IMG/VR virus record: IMGVR_UViG_2974787780_000001
Direction: 5' to 3' (one strand)
DNA: 31,809 bases
Source: a virus
Taxonomy: Duplodnaviria; Heunggongvirae; Uroviricota; Caudoviricetes; Peduoviridae
Position 1 is the first letter of the stretch, and every line of letters starts with the position of its first letter. Of the stretch, positions 19,454 to 28,141 are shown in pieces. The notes under the pieces are model-generated. The model did not search any database. It saw only the letters and a program-made list of their open reading frames with translations, and had not been told where the DNA came from. The translations under genes were made by a program, and so were the position numbers.

Positions 19454-20581
19454 GTGAAAATGCCCAATAATCATATGTATGCAAGTCTACTGTCTTACAA
19501 AAACTTAAAGATGGCACATCAAGGAAGTAACTTACGGTCTATTACTGAGTTTTCTCTCTATTCAGATAGTCAACCAATTGGGGCGGTTGATGATGATTCA
19601 GTTTATTGTTTTCTGAATATGCTACCCAGGATAACCAAACAATCCACCGTTGCATCTTCAATTACAGTGCGCACAAAGTGGTATAGTGACTTAAATAATA
19701 TGATTCTTTCTAGTTCTCAGAGTCATACAAAGGATTATCATGGTGGATGGTATAATGATGAAATAGCTGCGCTTTCAAGTTTACTGCTTGGTGTCCGTTT
19801 TCATGCTGGGTCAATTACTCGTCACTATGATTACTACACAGGTGATTTCGGAAGGATCCAAGCGGAGAGTTCTTTTCCTCCCGTTTTAGAGTTTAAACAT
19901 AACAAACCTATAGTTCCTAATGCTATCAAAGAAATTGATATAACTAACCTTAAAGAGCTTAACAATTTACATCTCTTAAGTGAAAAGAATTTCAACCATT
20001 TAATTAGAGCAGCCAGAAGCTATCAAAATGCATTATGGATATGCGAGTCATCTCCAAATATGAGTTGGCTATTGATGGTGTCAGCCCTAGAATGTGCGGC
20101 TAATCAATGGGCAAAATCCAATGCGTCTAAAGAAGAAAGATTTAAACATGCCAAGCCTGAATTATATGAAAAATTAGATACCAATGAATTTAGACATTTA
20201 ATCTCTATTATTGCTAATGAGTTTAAAGATTCATTTGGGGCGACAAAGAAGTTTGTGGATTTCTGCCTGTATTTCCTTCCAGATGAACCTCAAGTGAGGC
20301 CAAAAGTAGGAAGAATTGATTGGGGAAAAGAATCGCTATCAACAACTTTTAAAAAAATATATAACTACCGTTCTAAGGCATTGCATGGAGGACAACCATT
20401 TCCTGAGCCGATGTGTTCCTATCCTGAAGTATGGGATGGGTATATTGCTGAACGAGCGAGAGCATGTTCAACCTTAGGTGGAACGTGGTTGAATGAAGAT
20501 GTGCCAATTAATTTAAATACATTCAACTTTATGACCCATTCCATTTTGAATAAGTGGTGGCAATCTTTATTACCAAGTTAA
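19454..20581 (+). CDS. Hypothetical protein, AT-rich cargo gene at the Z/fun variable locus; candidate single-gene defence or lysogenic-conversion function
   Basis: 375-aa uninterrupted ORF (GTG at 19454; in-frame ATGs at 19460, 19475, 19511) in a visibly AT-rich island between G and FI; followed by a perfect 10-bp hairpin and a terminator; no recognisable family motif. Confidence 0.7.
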   Translation: MKMPNNHMYASLLSYKNLKMAHQGSNLRSITEFSLYSDSQPIGAVDDDSVYCFLNMLPRITKQSTVASSITVRTKWYSDLNNMILSSSQSHTKDYHGGWYNDEIAALSSLLLGVRFHAGSITRHYDYYTGDFGRIQAESSFPPVLEFKHNKPIVPNAIKEIDITNLKELNNLHLLSEKNFNHLIRAARSYQNALWICESSPNMSWLLMVSALECAANQWAKSNASKEERFKHAKPELYEKLDTNEFRHLISIIANEFKDSFGATKKFVDFCLYFLPDEPQVRPKVGRIDWGKESLSTTFKKIYNYRSKALHGGQPFPEPMCSYPEVWDGYIAERARACSTLGGTWLNEDVPINLNTFNFMTHSILNKWWQSLLPS

Positions 20582-20603
20582 CACTGTAAGTATCAGTGTT
20601 AAC
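20577..20603 (+). other. Perfect inverted repeat (hairpin) overlapping stop codon of the 375-aa gene
   Basis: GTTAACACTG-TAAGTAT-CAGTGTTAAC: 10-bp perfect stem, 7-nt loop; no immediate T-run. Confidence 0.5.
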
Positions 20604-20732
20604 TGCACCATGTAATTTTATATCTGTACCAGACTGGAGGAAAATGTTCGCTTATCGCTCATTAGGGTCAACCATACTCAAATCTCTCACATTGCAGGAG
20701 ATTTGAGTATGAACACGTCACCGTGGAAGGAC

Positions 20733-20758
20733 TGGCGGGCGAATTGCCCGCTTTTTTG
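20733..20758 (+). terminator. Rho-independent terminator separating cargo gene from FI operon
   Basis: GCGGGC-GAATT-GCCCGC hairpin followed by TTTTTT. Confidence 0.6.
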
Positions 20759-20855
20759 TATCTGTTGTTTCATCCACTGACCAGCCAGGTCAAATAGCGT
20801 CTCATGCTCTGCACAACAGAAAATAGTTGCACCCATTAACCACGGAGTTAAACGG
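20759..20855 (+). promoter_or_regulatory. Probable Ogr-dependent late promoter for FI operon
   Basis: Position equivalent to the P2 late promoter upstream of FI; contains partial dyad TGCACAAC..GTTGCA. Not verified. Confidence 0.3.
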
Positions 20856-22046
20856 ATGAGTGACTATCATCACGGCGTGCAGGTGCTGGAGATTAACGAC
20901 GGCACCCGCGTCATTTCCACCGTATCCACCGCCATTGTTGGCATGGTCTGCACGGCCAGCGATGCGGATGCGGAAACCTTCCCCGTCAATAAACCGGTGC
21001 TGATCACCAATGTGCAGAGCGCGATTGCAAAGGCCGGTAAAAAAGGCACGCTGGCGGCATCGTTGCAGGCCATCGCTGACCAGTCAAAACCGGTCACCGT
21101 TGTCGTGCGCGTGGAAGACGGCACCGGCGACGACGAAGAAACGAAACTCGCGCAGACCGTTTCCAATATCATCGGCACCACTGACGAAAACGGTCAGTAC
21201 ACCGGACTGAAAGCCCTGATGGGCGCAGAGTCGGTTACCGGCGTTAAACCGCGCATTCTCGGCGTACCGGGACTGGACACCAAAGAGGTGGCGGTTGCAC
21301 TGGCATCGGTATGCCAGGAACTGAATGCCTTCGGGTATATCAGCGCATGGGGCTGTAAAACCATTTCCGAGGCAAAAGCCTACCGTCAGAATTTCAGTCA
21401 GCGTGAGCTGATGGTCATCTGGCCGGATTTCCTTGCATGGGATACGGTCACCAGTACCACCGCCACCGCGTATGCCACCGCCCGTGCGCTGGGGCTGCGT
21501 GCCAAAATCGACCAGGAGCAGGGCTGGCATAAAACGCTGTCCAACGTCGGGGTAAACGGTGTTACCGGCATCAGCGCATCTGTATTCTGGGATTTGCAGA
21601 AGTCTGGCACTGATGCTGACCTGCTGAACGAGGCAGGCGTCACAACGCTGGTTCGCCGCGACGGTTTCCGTTTCTGGGGTAACCGTACCTGCTCCGATGA
21701 CCCACTTTTCCTCTTTGAAAGCTACACACGTACCGCGCAGGTACTGGCCGACACGATGGCTGAGGCGCACATGTGGGCTATTGATAAGCCCATCACCGCA
21801 ACGCTGATTCGCGACATCATTGATGGCATCAATGCCAAATTCCGCGAACTGAAAAACAACGGTTATATCGTGGATGGCACATGCTGGTTCAGTGAAGAAG
21901 CCAACGATGCGGAAACCCTCAAGGCCGGAAAACTGTATATCGACTACGACTATACACCGGTGCCTCCTCTCGAAAACCTGACCCTGCGCCAGCGTATTAC
22001 TTCAAGATACCTGGCAAGTCTGGTCACCTCGGTTAACAGCAATTAA
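20856..22046 (+). CDS. FI: Tail sheath protein gpFI
   Basis: 396-aa ORF, P2 FI length; MSDYHHGVQVLEINDGTR N-terminus. Confidence 0.93.
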   Translation: MSDYHHGVQVLEINDGTRVISTVSTAIVGMVCTASDADAETFPVNKPVLITNVQSAIAKAGKKGTLAASLQAIADQSKPVTVVVRVEDGTGDDEETKLAQTVSNIIGTTDENGQYTGLKALMGAESVTGVKPRILGVPGLDTKEVAVALASVCQELNAFGYISAWGCKTISEAKAYRQNFSQRELMVIWPDFLAWDTVTSTTATAYATARALGLRAKIDQEQGWHKTLSNVGVNGVTGISASVFWDLQKSGTDADLLNEAGVTTLVRRDGFRFWGNRTCSDDPLFLFESYTRTAQVLADTMAEAHMWAIDKPITATLIRDIIDGINAKFRELKNNGYIVDGTCWFSEEANDAETLKAGKLYIDYDYTPVPPLENLTLRQRITSRYLASLVTSVNSN

Positions 22047-22058
22047 GGAGCCTGACCG

Positions 22059-22577
22059 ATGGCAATGCCGCGCAAACTCAAGTTAATGAACGTCTTTCTG
22101 AACGGCTACAGCTATCAGGGCGTTGCAAAGTCCGTCACGCTGCCAAAACTGACCCGTAAGCTCGAAAACTATCGCGGTGCGGGGATGAACGGCAGCGCAC
22201 CGGTAGACCTCGGCCTTGATGACGATGCGCTGTCAATGGAGTGGTCGCTCGGTGGCTTCCCGGATTCGGTTATCTGGGAGCTTTACGCCGCAACCGGTGT
22301 GGATGCCGTGCCGATTCGTTTTGCAGGCTCTTACCAGCGCGACGATACCGGCGAAACGGTGGCCGTCGAAGTGGTCATGCGTGGACGTCAGAAAGAAATC
22401 GACACCGGCGAGGGTAAACAGGGAGAAGACACCGAGTCGAAAATCTCCGTGGTCTGCACCTATTTCCGGCTGACGATGGACGGTAAGGAGCTGGTCGAAA
22501 TCGACACCATCAACATGATTGAGAAGGTGAACGGCGTCGACCGGCTGGAGCAACACCGCCGCAATATCGGCCTGTGA
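22059..22577 (+). CDS. FII: Tail tube protein gpFII
   Basis: 172-aa ORF following sheath gene, P2 FII length. Confidence 0.92.
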   Translation: MAMPRKLKLMNVFLNGYSYQGVAKSVTLPKLTRKLENYRGAGMNGSAPVDLGLDDDALSMEWSLGGFPDSVIWELYAATGVDAVPIRFAGSYQRDDTGETVAVEVVMRGRQKEIDTGEGKQGEDTESKISVVCTYFRLTMDGKELVEIDTINMIEKVNGVDRLEQHRRNIGL

Positions 22578-22633
22578 TTTTCATCCGGTCAGCCTGGCTG
22601 ACCGGTTAACCCCGATTCAGAAGTGAGAAAACC

Positions 22634-22909
22634 ATGAACAAAGAAAATGTGATTACCCTGGACAATCCGGTCAAGCGTGGTGAGCAGGTTATCGAACAGG
22701 TCACGCTGATGAAACCTAATGCCGGGACGCTGCGCGGTGTCAGTCTGGCTGCGGTCGCAAACTCCGAAGTCGATGCACTGATTAAGGTGCTGCCGCGCAT
22801 GACGGCACCGATGCTGACCGAGCAGGAGGTCGCCGCGCTGGAACTGCCTGACCTTGTGGCGCTGGCCGGTAAGGTGGTCGGTTTTTTGTCTCCGAACTCG
22901 GTGCAGTGA
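22634..22909 (+). CDS. E: Tail assembly chaperone gpE
   Basis: 91-aa ORF upstream of tape measure gene, P2 gpE length. Confidence 0.88.
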   Translation: MNKENVITLDNPVKRGEQVIEQVTLMKPNAGTLRGVSLAAVANSEVDALIKVLPRMTAPMLTEQEVAALELPDLVALAGKVVGFLSPNSVQ

Positions 22910-23061
22910 CGTTTCCGAAAAATCTGTCGGTCGATGACCTGATGGCAGATGTGGCAGTGATATTTCACTGGCCGCCATCAGAACTGTATCCCATGAGCCT
23001 GACCGAACTCATCACATGGCGCGAAAAGGCGCTCCGGCGAAGCGGAAACACGAATGAGTAA
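22634..23061 (+). CDS. E': Tail assembly chaperone E-prime, made by programmed -1 frameshift at T_TTT_TTG (22882-22888)
   Basis: Slippery heptamer TTTTTTG at 22882-22888 in E; my hand translation of the -1 frame from 22888 is open to TAA at 23059-23061, giving a 142-aa product (P2 E-prime length) that overlaps the T start. Confidence 0.75.
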
Positions 23062-25501
23062 CAATGTAAAATTACAGGTATTGCTCAGGGCTGTTGACCA
23101 GGCATCCCGCCCGTTTAAATCCATCCGTACAGCGAGCAAATCGCTGTCGGGGGATATCCGGGAAACACAAAAATCACTGCGCGAGCTGAACGGTCACGCA
23201 TCCCGTATTGAGGGATTCCGCAAGACCAGTGCACAGCTCGCCGTGACTGGTCATGCACTTGAAAAGGCACGGCAGGAAGCCGAAGCCCTTGCCACACAGT
23301 TTAAAAACACCGAACGTCCGACCCGTGCTCAGGCGAAAGTGCTGGAATCCGCAAAGCGTGCGGCAGAGGACTTACAGGCGAAATATAACCGCCTGACGGA
23401 TTCCGTTAAACGCCAGCAACGGGAACTGGCCGTTGTGGGAATTAATACCCGCAATCTTGCACATGATGAGCAGGGACTGAAAAACCGTATCAGTGAAACC
23501 ACCGCACAACTTAACCGTCAGCGTGACGCGCTGGCGCGTGTCAGTGCGCAACAGGCAAAACTTAACGCAGTAAAACAGCGTTATCAGGCCGGAAAGGAAC
23601 TGGCCGGAAATATGGCCTCGGTAGGCGCTGCCGGTGTGGGGATTGCGGCGGCGGGAACGATGGCCGGAGTTAAGCTGCTGATGCCCGGTTATGAGTTTGC
23701 GCAGAAAAACTCAGAATTGCAGGCCGTGCTAGGAGTGGCAAAAGACTCCGCCGAAATGGCCGCGCTACGCAAACAGGCGCGCCAGCTCGGCGACAACACA
23801 GCCGCCTCGGCGGATGATGCAGCAGCAGCTCAAATCATCGTGGCTAAATCAGGAGCGGATAAAAATGGCATCTTGGCACAAACACCGGCCATTTTGAATA
23901 TGTCACTGGCAAACAAGAAAACGATGGAGGAAAACGCCACTTTACTTATTGGGACAAAATCGGCATTCGGGCTTGCTGATGATAAGGCTTCCCATATTGC
24001 TGATGTTATTTCAATGACGATGAATAAATCGCAAGCCACATTCGAGGGACTAAGTGATTCACTTACCTATGTCGGGCCAGTGGCAAAAGATGCAGGTGTC
24101 AGCTTGGAAGAAACAGCAGCAATGTTAGGTGCATTACACGATGCAAATATCAGTGGGTCTATGGCTGGCACAGGAAGTCGAGCAGTACTGAGTCGTTTGC
24201 AGGCACCAACCGGGAAAGCGTATGACGCTATTAAAGAGCTTGGCGTAAAGACAACTGACAGCAAAGGTAATACGCGACCTGTCTTTTCAATTCTGAAAGA
24301 AATTCAGCGGAGTTTTGAAAAAAATAAACTAGGAACAGGGCAGCGCGCTGAATACATGAAAACAATATTCGGCGAAGAGGCCAGCTCATCAGCAAGTGTA
24401 TTAATGACAGCAGCAGCCAGCGGCAAGCTGGATAATCTGACCAGGTTGATTAAAGAATCTGACGGTAAAACAGAAGAACTGGTTAAGGTTATGCAGGACA
24501 ACCTCGGCGGTGACTTTAAGGAGTTTCAGTCCGCTTATGAGGCGGTGGGGACTGACCTGTTTGACCAGCAGGAAGGCGCACTGCGTAAGCTCACGCAGAC
24601 GGCCACAAAGTATGTGTTAAAACTCGACGGCTGGATCCAGAAAAACAAATCACTGGCGTCAACCATCGGCATCATTGCCGGTGGCGCGCTGGCGCTGACT
24701 GGCATCATCGGTGCCATTGGTCTTGTCGCCTGGCCGGTTATCACCGGCATCAATGCCATCATCGCGGCAGCAGGCGCAATGGGGGCAATCTTCACGACGG
24801 TTGGCAGTGCCGTTATGACGGCCATCGGGGCGATTAGCTGGCCGGTTGTGGCCGTGGTGGCCGCCATTGTCGCCGGGGCGTTGCTTATCCGTAAATACTG
24901 GGAGCCTGTCAGCGCATTCTTTGGCGGTGTGGTTGAAGGGCTGAAAGCGGCATTTGCGCCGGTGGGGGAACTGTTCACGCCACTTAAACCGGTTTTTGAC
25001 TGGCTGGGGGAAAAGTTACAGGCCGCGTGGCAGTGGTTTAAAAATCTGATTGCCCCGGTCAAAGCCACCCAGGACACCCTGAACCGTTGCCGTGACACGG
25101 GCGTCATGTTCGGGCAGGCACTGGCTGACGCGCTGATGCTGCCGCTTAATGCGTTCAACAAACTGCGCAGTGGTATTGACTGGGTACTGGAAAAACTCGG
25201 TGTTATCAACAAAGAGTCAGACACACTTGACCAGACCGCCGCAAGGACTAATGCCGCCACGTATGGCACCGGTGGTTATATTCCGGCGACCAGCTCTTAT
25301 GCAGGCTATCAGGCTTATCAGCCGGTTACGGCACCGGCTGGCCGCTCTTATGTGGACCAGAGTAAAAACGAATATCACATCAACCTGACGGGTGGTACTG
25401 CGCCGGGGACACAGCTTGACCGCCAGTTACAGGATGCGCTCGAAAAATACGAGCGGGATAAACGTGCGCGCGCCCGTGCCAGCATGATGCATGACGGTTA
25501 A
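23054..25501 (+). CDS. T: Tail tape measure protein gpT
   Basis: 815-aa ORF with coiled-coil N-terminal region and Gly/Ala-rich hydrophobic segment; P2 gpT length. Confidence 0.92.
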   Translation: MSNNVKLQVLLRAVDQASRPFKSIRTASKSLSGDIRETQKSLRELNGHASRIEGFRKTSAQLAVTGHALEKARQEAEALATQFKNTERPTRAQAKVLESAKRAAEDLQAKYNRLTDSVKRQQRELAVVGINTRNLAHDEQGLKNRISETTAQLNRQRDALARVSAQQAKLNAVKQRYQAGKELAGNMASVGAAGVGIAAAGTMAGVKLLMPGYEFAQKNSELQAVLGVAKDSAEMAALRKQARQLGDNTAASADDAAAAQIIVAKSGADKNGILAQTPAILNMSLANKKTMEENATLLIGTKSAFGLADDKASHIADVISMTMNKSQATFEGLSDSLTYVGPVAKDAGVSLEETAAMLGALHDANISGSMAGTGSRAVLSRLQAPTGKAYDAIKELGVKTTDSKGNTRPVFSILKEIQRSFEKNKLGTGQRAEYMKTIFGEEASSSASVLMTAAASGKLDNLTRLIKESDGKTEELVKVMQDNLGGDFKEFQSAYEAVGTDLFDQQEGALRKLTQTATKYVLKLDGWIQKNKSLASTIGIIAGGALALTGIIGAIGLVAWPVITGINAIIAAAGAMGAIFTTVGSAVMTAIGAISWPVVAVVAAIVAGALLIRKYWEPVSAFFGGVVEGLKAAFAPVGELFTPLKPVFDWLGEKLQAAWQWFKNLIAPVKATQDTLNRCRDTGVMFGQALADALMLPLNAFNKLRSGIDWVLEKLGVINKESDTLDQTAARTNAATYGTGGYIPATSSYAGYQAYQPVTAPAGRSYVDQSKNEYHINLTGGTAPGTQLDRQLQDALEKYERDKRARARASMMHDG

Positions 25502-25515
25502 GGAGGTGACGAAAA

Positions 25516-25995
25516 ATGATGCTCGCGTTAGGTATGTTTGTTTTTATGCGCCAGACGCTGCCACACCAGACCATGCAGCGTGAATCAGATTATCGCTGGC
25601 CGTCAAATTCCCGTATCGGTAAACGGGATGCCTTTCAGTTTCTCGGTGTTGGCGAGGAAAACATCACGCTTGCCGGTGTGCTTTATCCCGAACTGACCGG
25701 CGGCAAGCTGACGATGACCACGCTCAGACTGATGGCAGAGGAAGGCCGGGCGTGGCCGTTGCTGGATGGCACCGGCATGATTTACGGTATGTATGTCATC
25801 AGCAAGGTGAGTGAAACAGGGAGTATTTTCTTTGCAGACGGCACACCCCGAAAAATTGATTTTACGCTGTCGCTCACCCGCGTTGATGAATCACTGGCCG
25901 CGCTTTATGGCGATATCGGTAAACAGGCGGAGTCGCTCATCGGTAAGGCCGGCAGTCTGGCGACCAGATTCACAGGTATGATGGGGGCGGGATAA
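25516..25995 (+). CDS. U: Tail protein gpU
   Basis: 159-aa ORF, P2 gpU length/position. Confidence 0.9.
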   Translation: MMLALGMFVFMRQTLPHQTMQRESDYRWPSNSRIGKRDAFQFLGVGEENITLAGVLYPELTGGKLTMTTLRLMAEEGRAWPLLDGTGMIYGMYVISKVSETGSIFFADGTPRKIDFTLSLTRVDESLAALYGDIGKQAESLIGKAGSLATRFTGMMGAG

Positions 25996-27158
25996 TGCTG
26001 GATGCGCTGACATTTGATGCAGGCAGTACGCTGACGCCGGATTACATGCTGATGCTCGACAGCAGGGATATTACCGGCAATATCAGCGACCGTCTGATGA
26101 GCATGACTCTGACGGATAACCGGGGCTTTGAAGCTGACCAGCTTGATATTGAACTGAACGATGCCGACGGGCAGGTCGGGCTGCCGGTTCGTGGCGCTGT
26201 CCTGACGGTGTATATCGGCTGGAAAGGTTTTGCCCTGGTATGCAAAGGGAAATTCACCGTTGATGAGGTTGAACACCGGGGCGCGCCGGATGTGGTCACC
26301 ATCCGCGCCCGGAGTGCAGATTTCCGCGGGACGCTCAATTCCCGCCGGGAAGGCTCCTGGCATGACACCACGCTCGGTGCGATTGTTGAGGCGATAGCCT
26401 CCCGTAACAGGCTGGAAGCCAGTGTCGCTCCGTCACTGGCCGGAATTAAAATCCCGCACATCGACCAGTCGCAGGAGTCTGATGCGAAATTCCTGACCCG
26501 TCTTGCAGAACGCAACGGCGGTGAGGTGTCGGTAAAAATGGGAAAACTGTTGTTTCTCAAAGCGGGGCAGGGGGTGACGGCCAGCGGTAAAAAAATCCCG
26601 CAGGTCACCATCACCCGCAGCGACGGCGACCGCCATCATTTTGCGATTGCTGACCGTGGAGCCTATACCGGCGTAACGGCAAAGTGGTTACACACCAAAG
26701 ACCCGAAGCCGCAAAAGCAGAAGGTAAAACTGAAACGCAAAAAGAAAGAAAAACACCTGCGCGCACTGGAGCACCCGAAAGCAAAACCGGTCAGGCAGAA
26801 GAAAGCGCCAAAAGTACCGGAAGCGCGCGAAGGTGAATACATGGCCGGTGAGGCTGACAACGTTTTTGCCCTGACCACGGTATATGCCACGAAAGCACAG
26901 GCCATGCGTGCCGCTCAGGCGAAGTGGGATAAACTGCAACGGGGCGTTGCGGAGTTCTCCATCAGCCTGGCTACCGGTCGTGCTGATATTTACACGGAAA
27001 CACCGGTTAAAGTATCAGGCTTTAAGCGCGTCATAGACGAGCAGGACTGGACAATCACTAAGGTGACACATTTTCTGAATAATAGCGGCTTCACGACGTC
27101 CTTAGAGCTTGAGGTCAGGCTTTCTGATGTGGAGTACGAAACAGAAGATGATGAGTGA
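25995..27158 (+). CDS. D: Tail protein gpD (late control gene D)
   Basis: 387-aa ORF, P2 gpD length; internal Lys-rich linker. Confidence 0.9.
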   Translation: MLDALTFDAGSTLTPDYMLMLDSRDITGNISDRLMSMTLTDNRGFEADQLDIELNDADGQVGLPVRGAVLTVYIGWKGFALVCKGKFTVDEVEHRGAPDVVTIRARSADFRGTLNSRREGSWHDTTLGAIVEAIASRNRLEASVAPSLAGIKIPHIDQSQESDAKFLTRLAERNGGEVSVKMGKLLFLKAGQGVTASGKKIPQVTITRSDGDRHHFAIADRGAYTGVTAKWLHTKDPKPQKQKVKLKRKKKEKHLRALEHPKAKPVRQKKAPKVPEAREGEYMAGEADNVFALTTVYATKAQAMRAAQAKWDKLQRGVAEFSISLATGRADIYTETPVKVSGFKRVIDEQDWTITKVTHFLNNSGFTTSLELEVRLSDVEYETEDDE

Positions 27159-27239
27159 TGTAATTTATTTATCTGTTTGTTTTATAAGGATAAATTAACT
27201 AAAATGGCACCATCAACAAAACCGGAAGAGGTGCTCGCG

Positions 27240-27458
27240 ATGTTTCATTGTCCTTTATGCCAGCATGCCGCACATGCGCGTACAAGCCGCTATATCACTG
27301 ACACGACAAAAGAGCGTTATCACCAGTGTCAGAACGTGAATTGCAGCGCCACATTCATCACTTATGAGTCGGTACAGCGATACATCGTGAAGCCGGGAGA
27401 AGTCCACGCCGTAAGACCGCACCCGTTGCCGTCAGGGCAGCAAATTATGTGGATGTGA
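27240..27458 (+). CDS. ogr: Late gene activator Ogr (zinc-finger)
   Basis: ORF track 27177..27458; ATG at 27240 gives 72 aa MFHCPLCQHAAHARTSRYITDTTKERYHQCQNVNCSATF with a C-x2-C...C-x4-C zinc-binding pattern; P2 Ogr length. Confidence 0.9.
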   Translation: MFHCPLCQHAAHARTSRYITDTTKERYHQCQNVNCSATFITYESVQRYIVKPGEVHAVRPHPLPSGQQIMWM

Positions 27459-27468
27459 TCACAAAAAT

Positions 27469-27495
27469 AGCCCCTCAGTCGAGGGGCTTATTTAT
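27469..27495 (+). terminator. Rho-independent terminator after ogr
   Basis: AGCCCCTC-AGTC-GAGGGGCT hairpin followed by T-rich TATTTAT. Confidence 0.65.
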
Positions 27496-27500
27496 GGTCG

Positions 27501-27520
27501 ATGTGGACGCTATGTGGACA
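27501..27520 (+). repeat. Direct repeat pair ATGTGGAC (11-bp period); candidate integrase arm-type sites
   Basis: TGTGGACG at 27502-27509 and TGTGGACA at 27513-27520. Confidence 0.5.
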
Positions 27521-27575
27521 GTGGTTGACATAAATCCATTTATATCATCAGGTTAGGTGCTTTTTTGTGACACCA

Positions 27576-27602
27576 TCCCTGTCTTCCCCCACATGATGTG
27601 GG
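27576..27602 (+). terminator. Hairpin plus T8 (terminator-like) inside attP-like region
   Basis: CCCCCACAT-G-ATGTGGGGG followed by TTTTTTTT. Confidence 0.55.
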
Positions 27603-27697
27603 GGTTTTTTTTATCAATCACTTACATTGGTTCCCTTAAGAAAACAGCAACTTAAGAAAACCTATAAGGGACTGGAAGGGCTACAAAGTTCTTCGAG

Positions 27698-27716
27698 TGT
27701 GGACACAATGTGGACA
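27698..27716 (+). repeat. Second direct repeat pair TGTGGACA (11-bp period); candidate integrase arm-type sites
   Basis: TGTGGACA at 27698-27705 and 27709-27716, same orientation as the 27502-27520 pair. Confidence 0.5.
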
Positions 27717-27736
27717 CTCGGCAAGGATCTGATGCT

Positions 27737-28141
27737 TCAGTCGAGCAGGTCGATTTCCTTGATTTTTTGTACTGCACTAACCAATTCGTCAGGAGTGTAG
27801 TTAGTCGCATCAAGCTCTTTTACTTTTCCATCATCAAAAACAACGCGTAGCTTTTTGCCTCGTTGTAGATATGCACCAAAGACCCCAGCGACAGCGCCGA
27901 ATGCTGCAGTAGCAAATGGAAGAACTATGTTTAAGTATTCGGTTGTGCCGGCACCAAAACATATTGGCCCTCGTTGATATGCTATGGCAGCAGTGTCAAG
28001 CTCTTTGGCTAAACCAGCAATATTGCGTCCACTGGCCCTGCAATGGATTTTTCTTATGGAACTATTTGTCATCTCTTCAAAAATTCCTCTGTGTAAACGC
28101 ATTAAACTGGTCATCTCACTTTTTAAAGGTGTTATGACCAT
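27737..28141 (-). CDS. Hypothetical single-pass membrane protein (cargo gene between attP-like region and int)
   Basis: 134-aa ORF co-oriented with int and C; hydrophobic Gly/Ala-rich segment LNIVLPFATAAFGAVAGVFGAYL; AT-rich; start codon ambiguous (candidate ATGs at Met1, Met10, Met14, Met24 of the track ORF). Confidence 0.45.
   Translation of the reverse strand: MVITPLKSEMTSLMRLHRGIFEEMTNSSIRKIHCRASGRNIAGLAKELDTAAIAYQRGPICFGAGTTEYLNIVLPFATAAFGAVAGVFGAYLQRGKKLRVVFDDGKVKELDATNYTPDELVSAVQKIKEIDLLD

Noticed and set aside
20410-20430. HEPN-like Rx4H motif (RSKALH) near the C-terminus of the 375-aa cargo protein
   Set aside because: A single R-x4-6-H match is expected by chance in a protein this size; no other HEPN hallmarks could be verified by eye, so no fold or RNase call is made.
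21084-21770. 228-aa ORF antisense to sheath gene FI and similar antisense ORFs in T (24535-25269), D (26042-26614, 26663-26939), H/I (15467-16472) and lysA (11645-12148)
   Set aside because: Overlap well-supported structural genes on the opposite strand; GC-rich frame artefacts with no start-site signals.
26690-26830. Lys-rich low-complexity tract in gpD (KPQKQKVKLKRKKKEKHLRALEHPKAKPVRQKKAPK)
   Set aside because: Appears to be an in-frame flexible linker within a conserved backbone gene rather than a separate element or repeat insertion.
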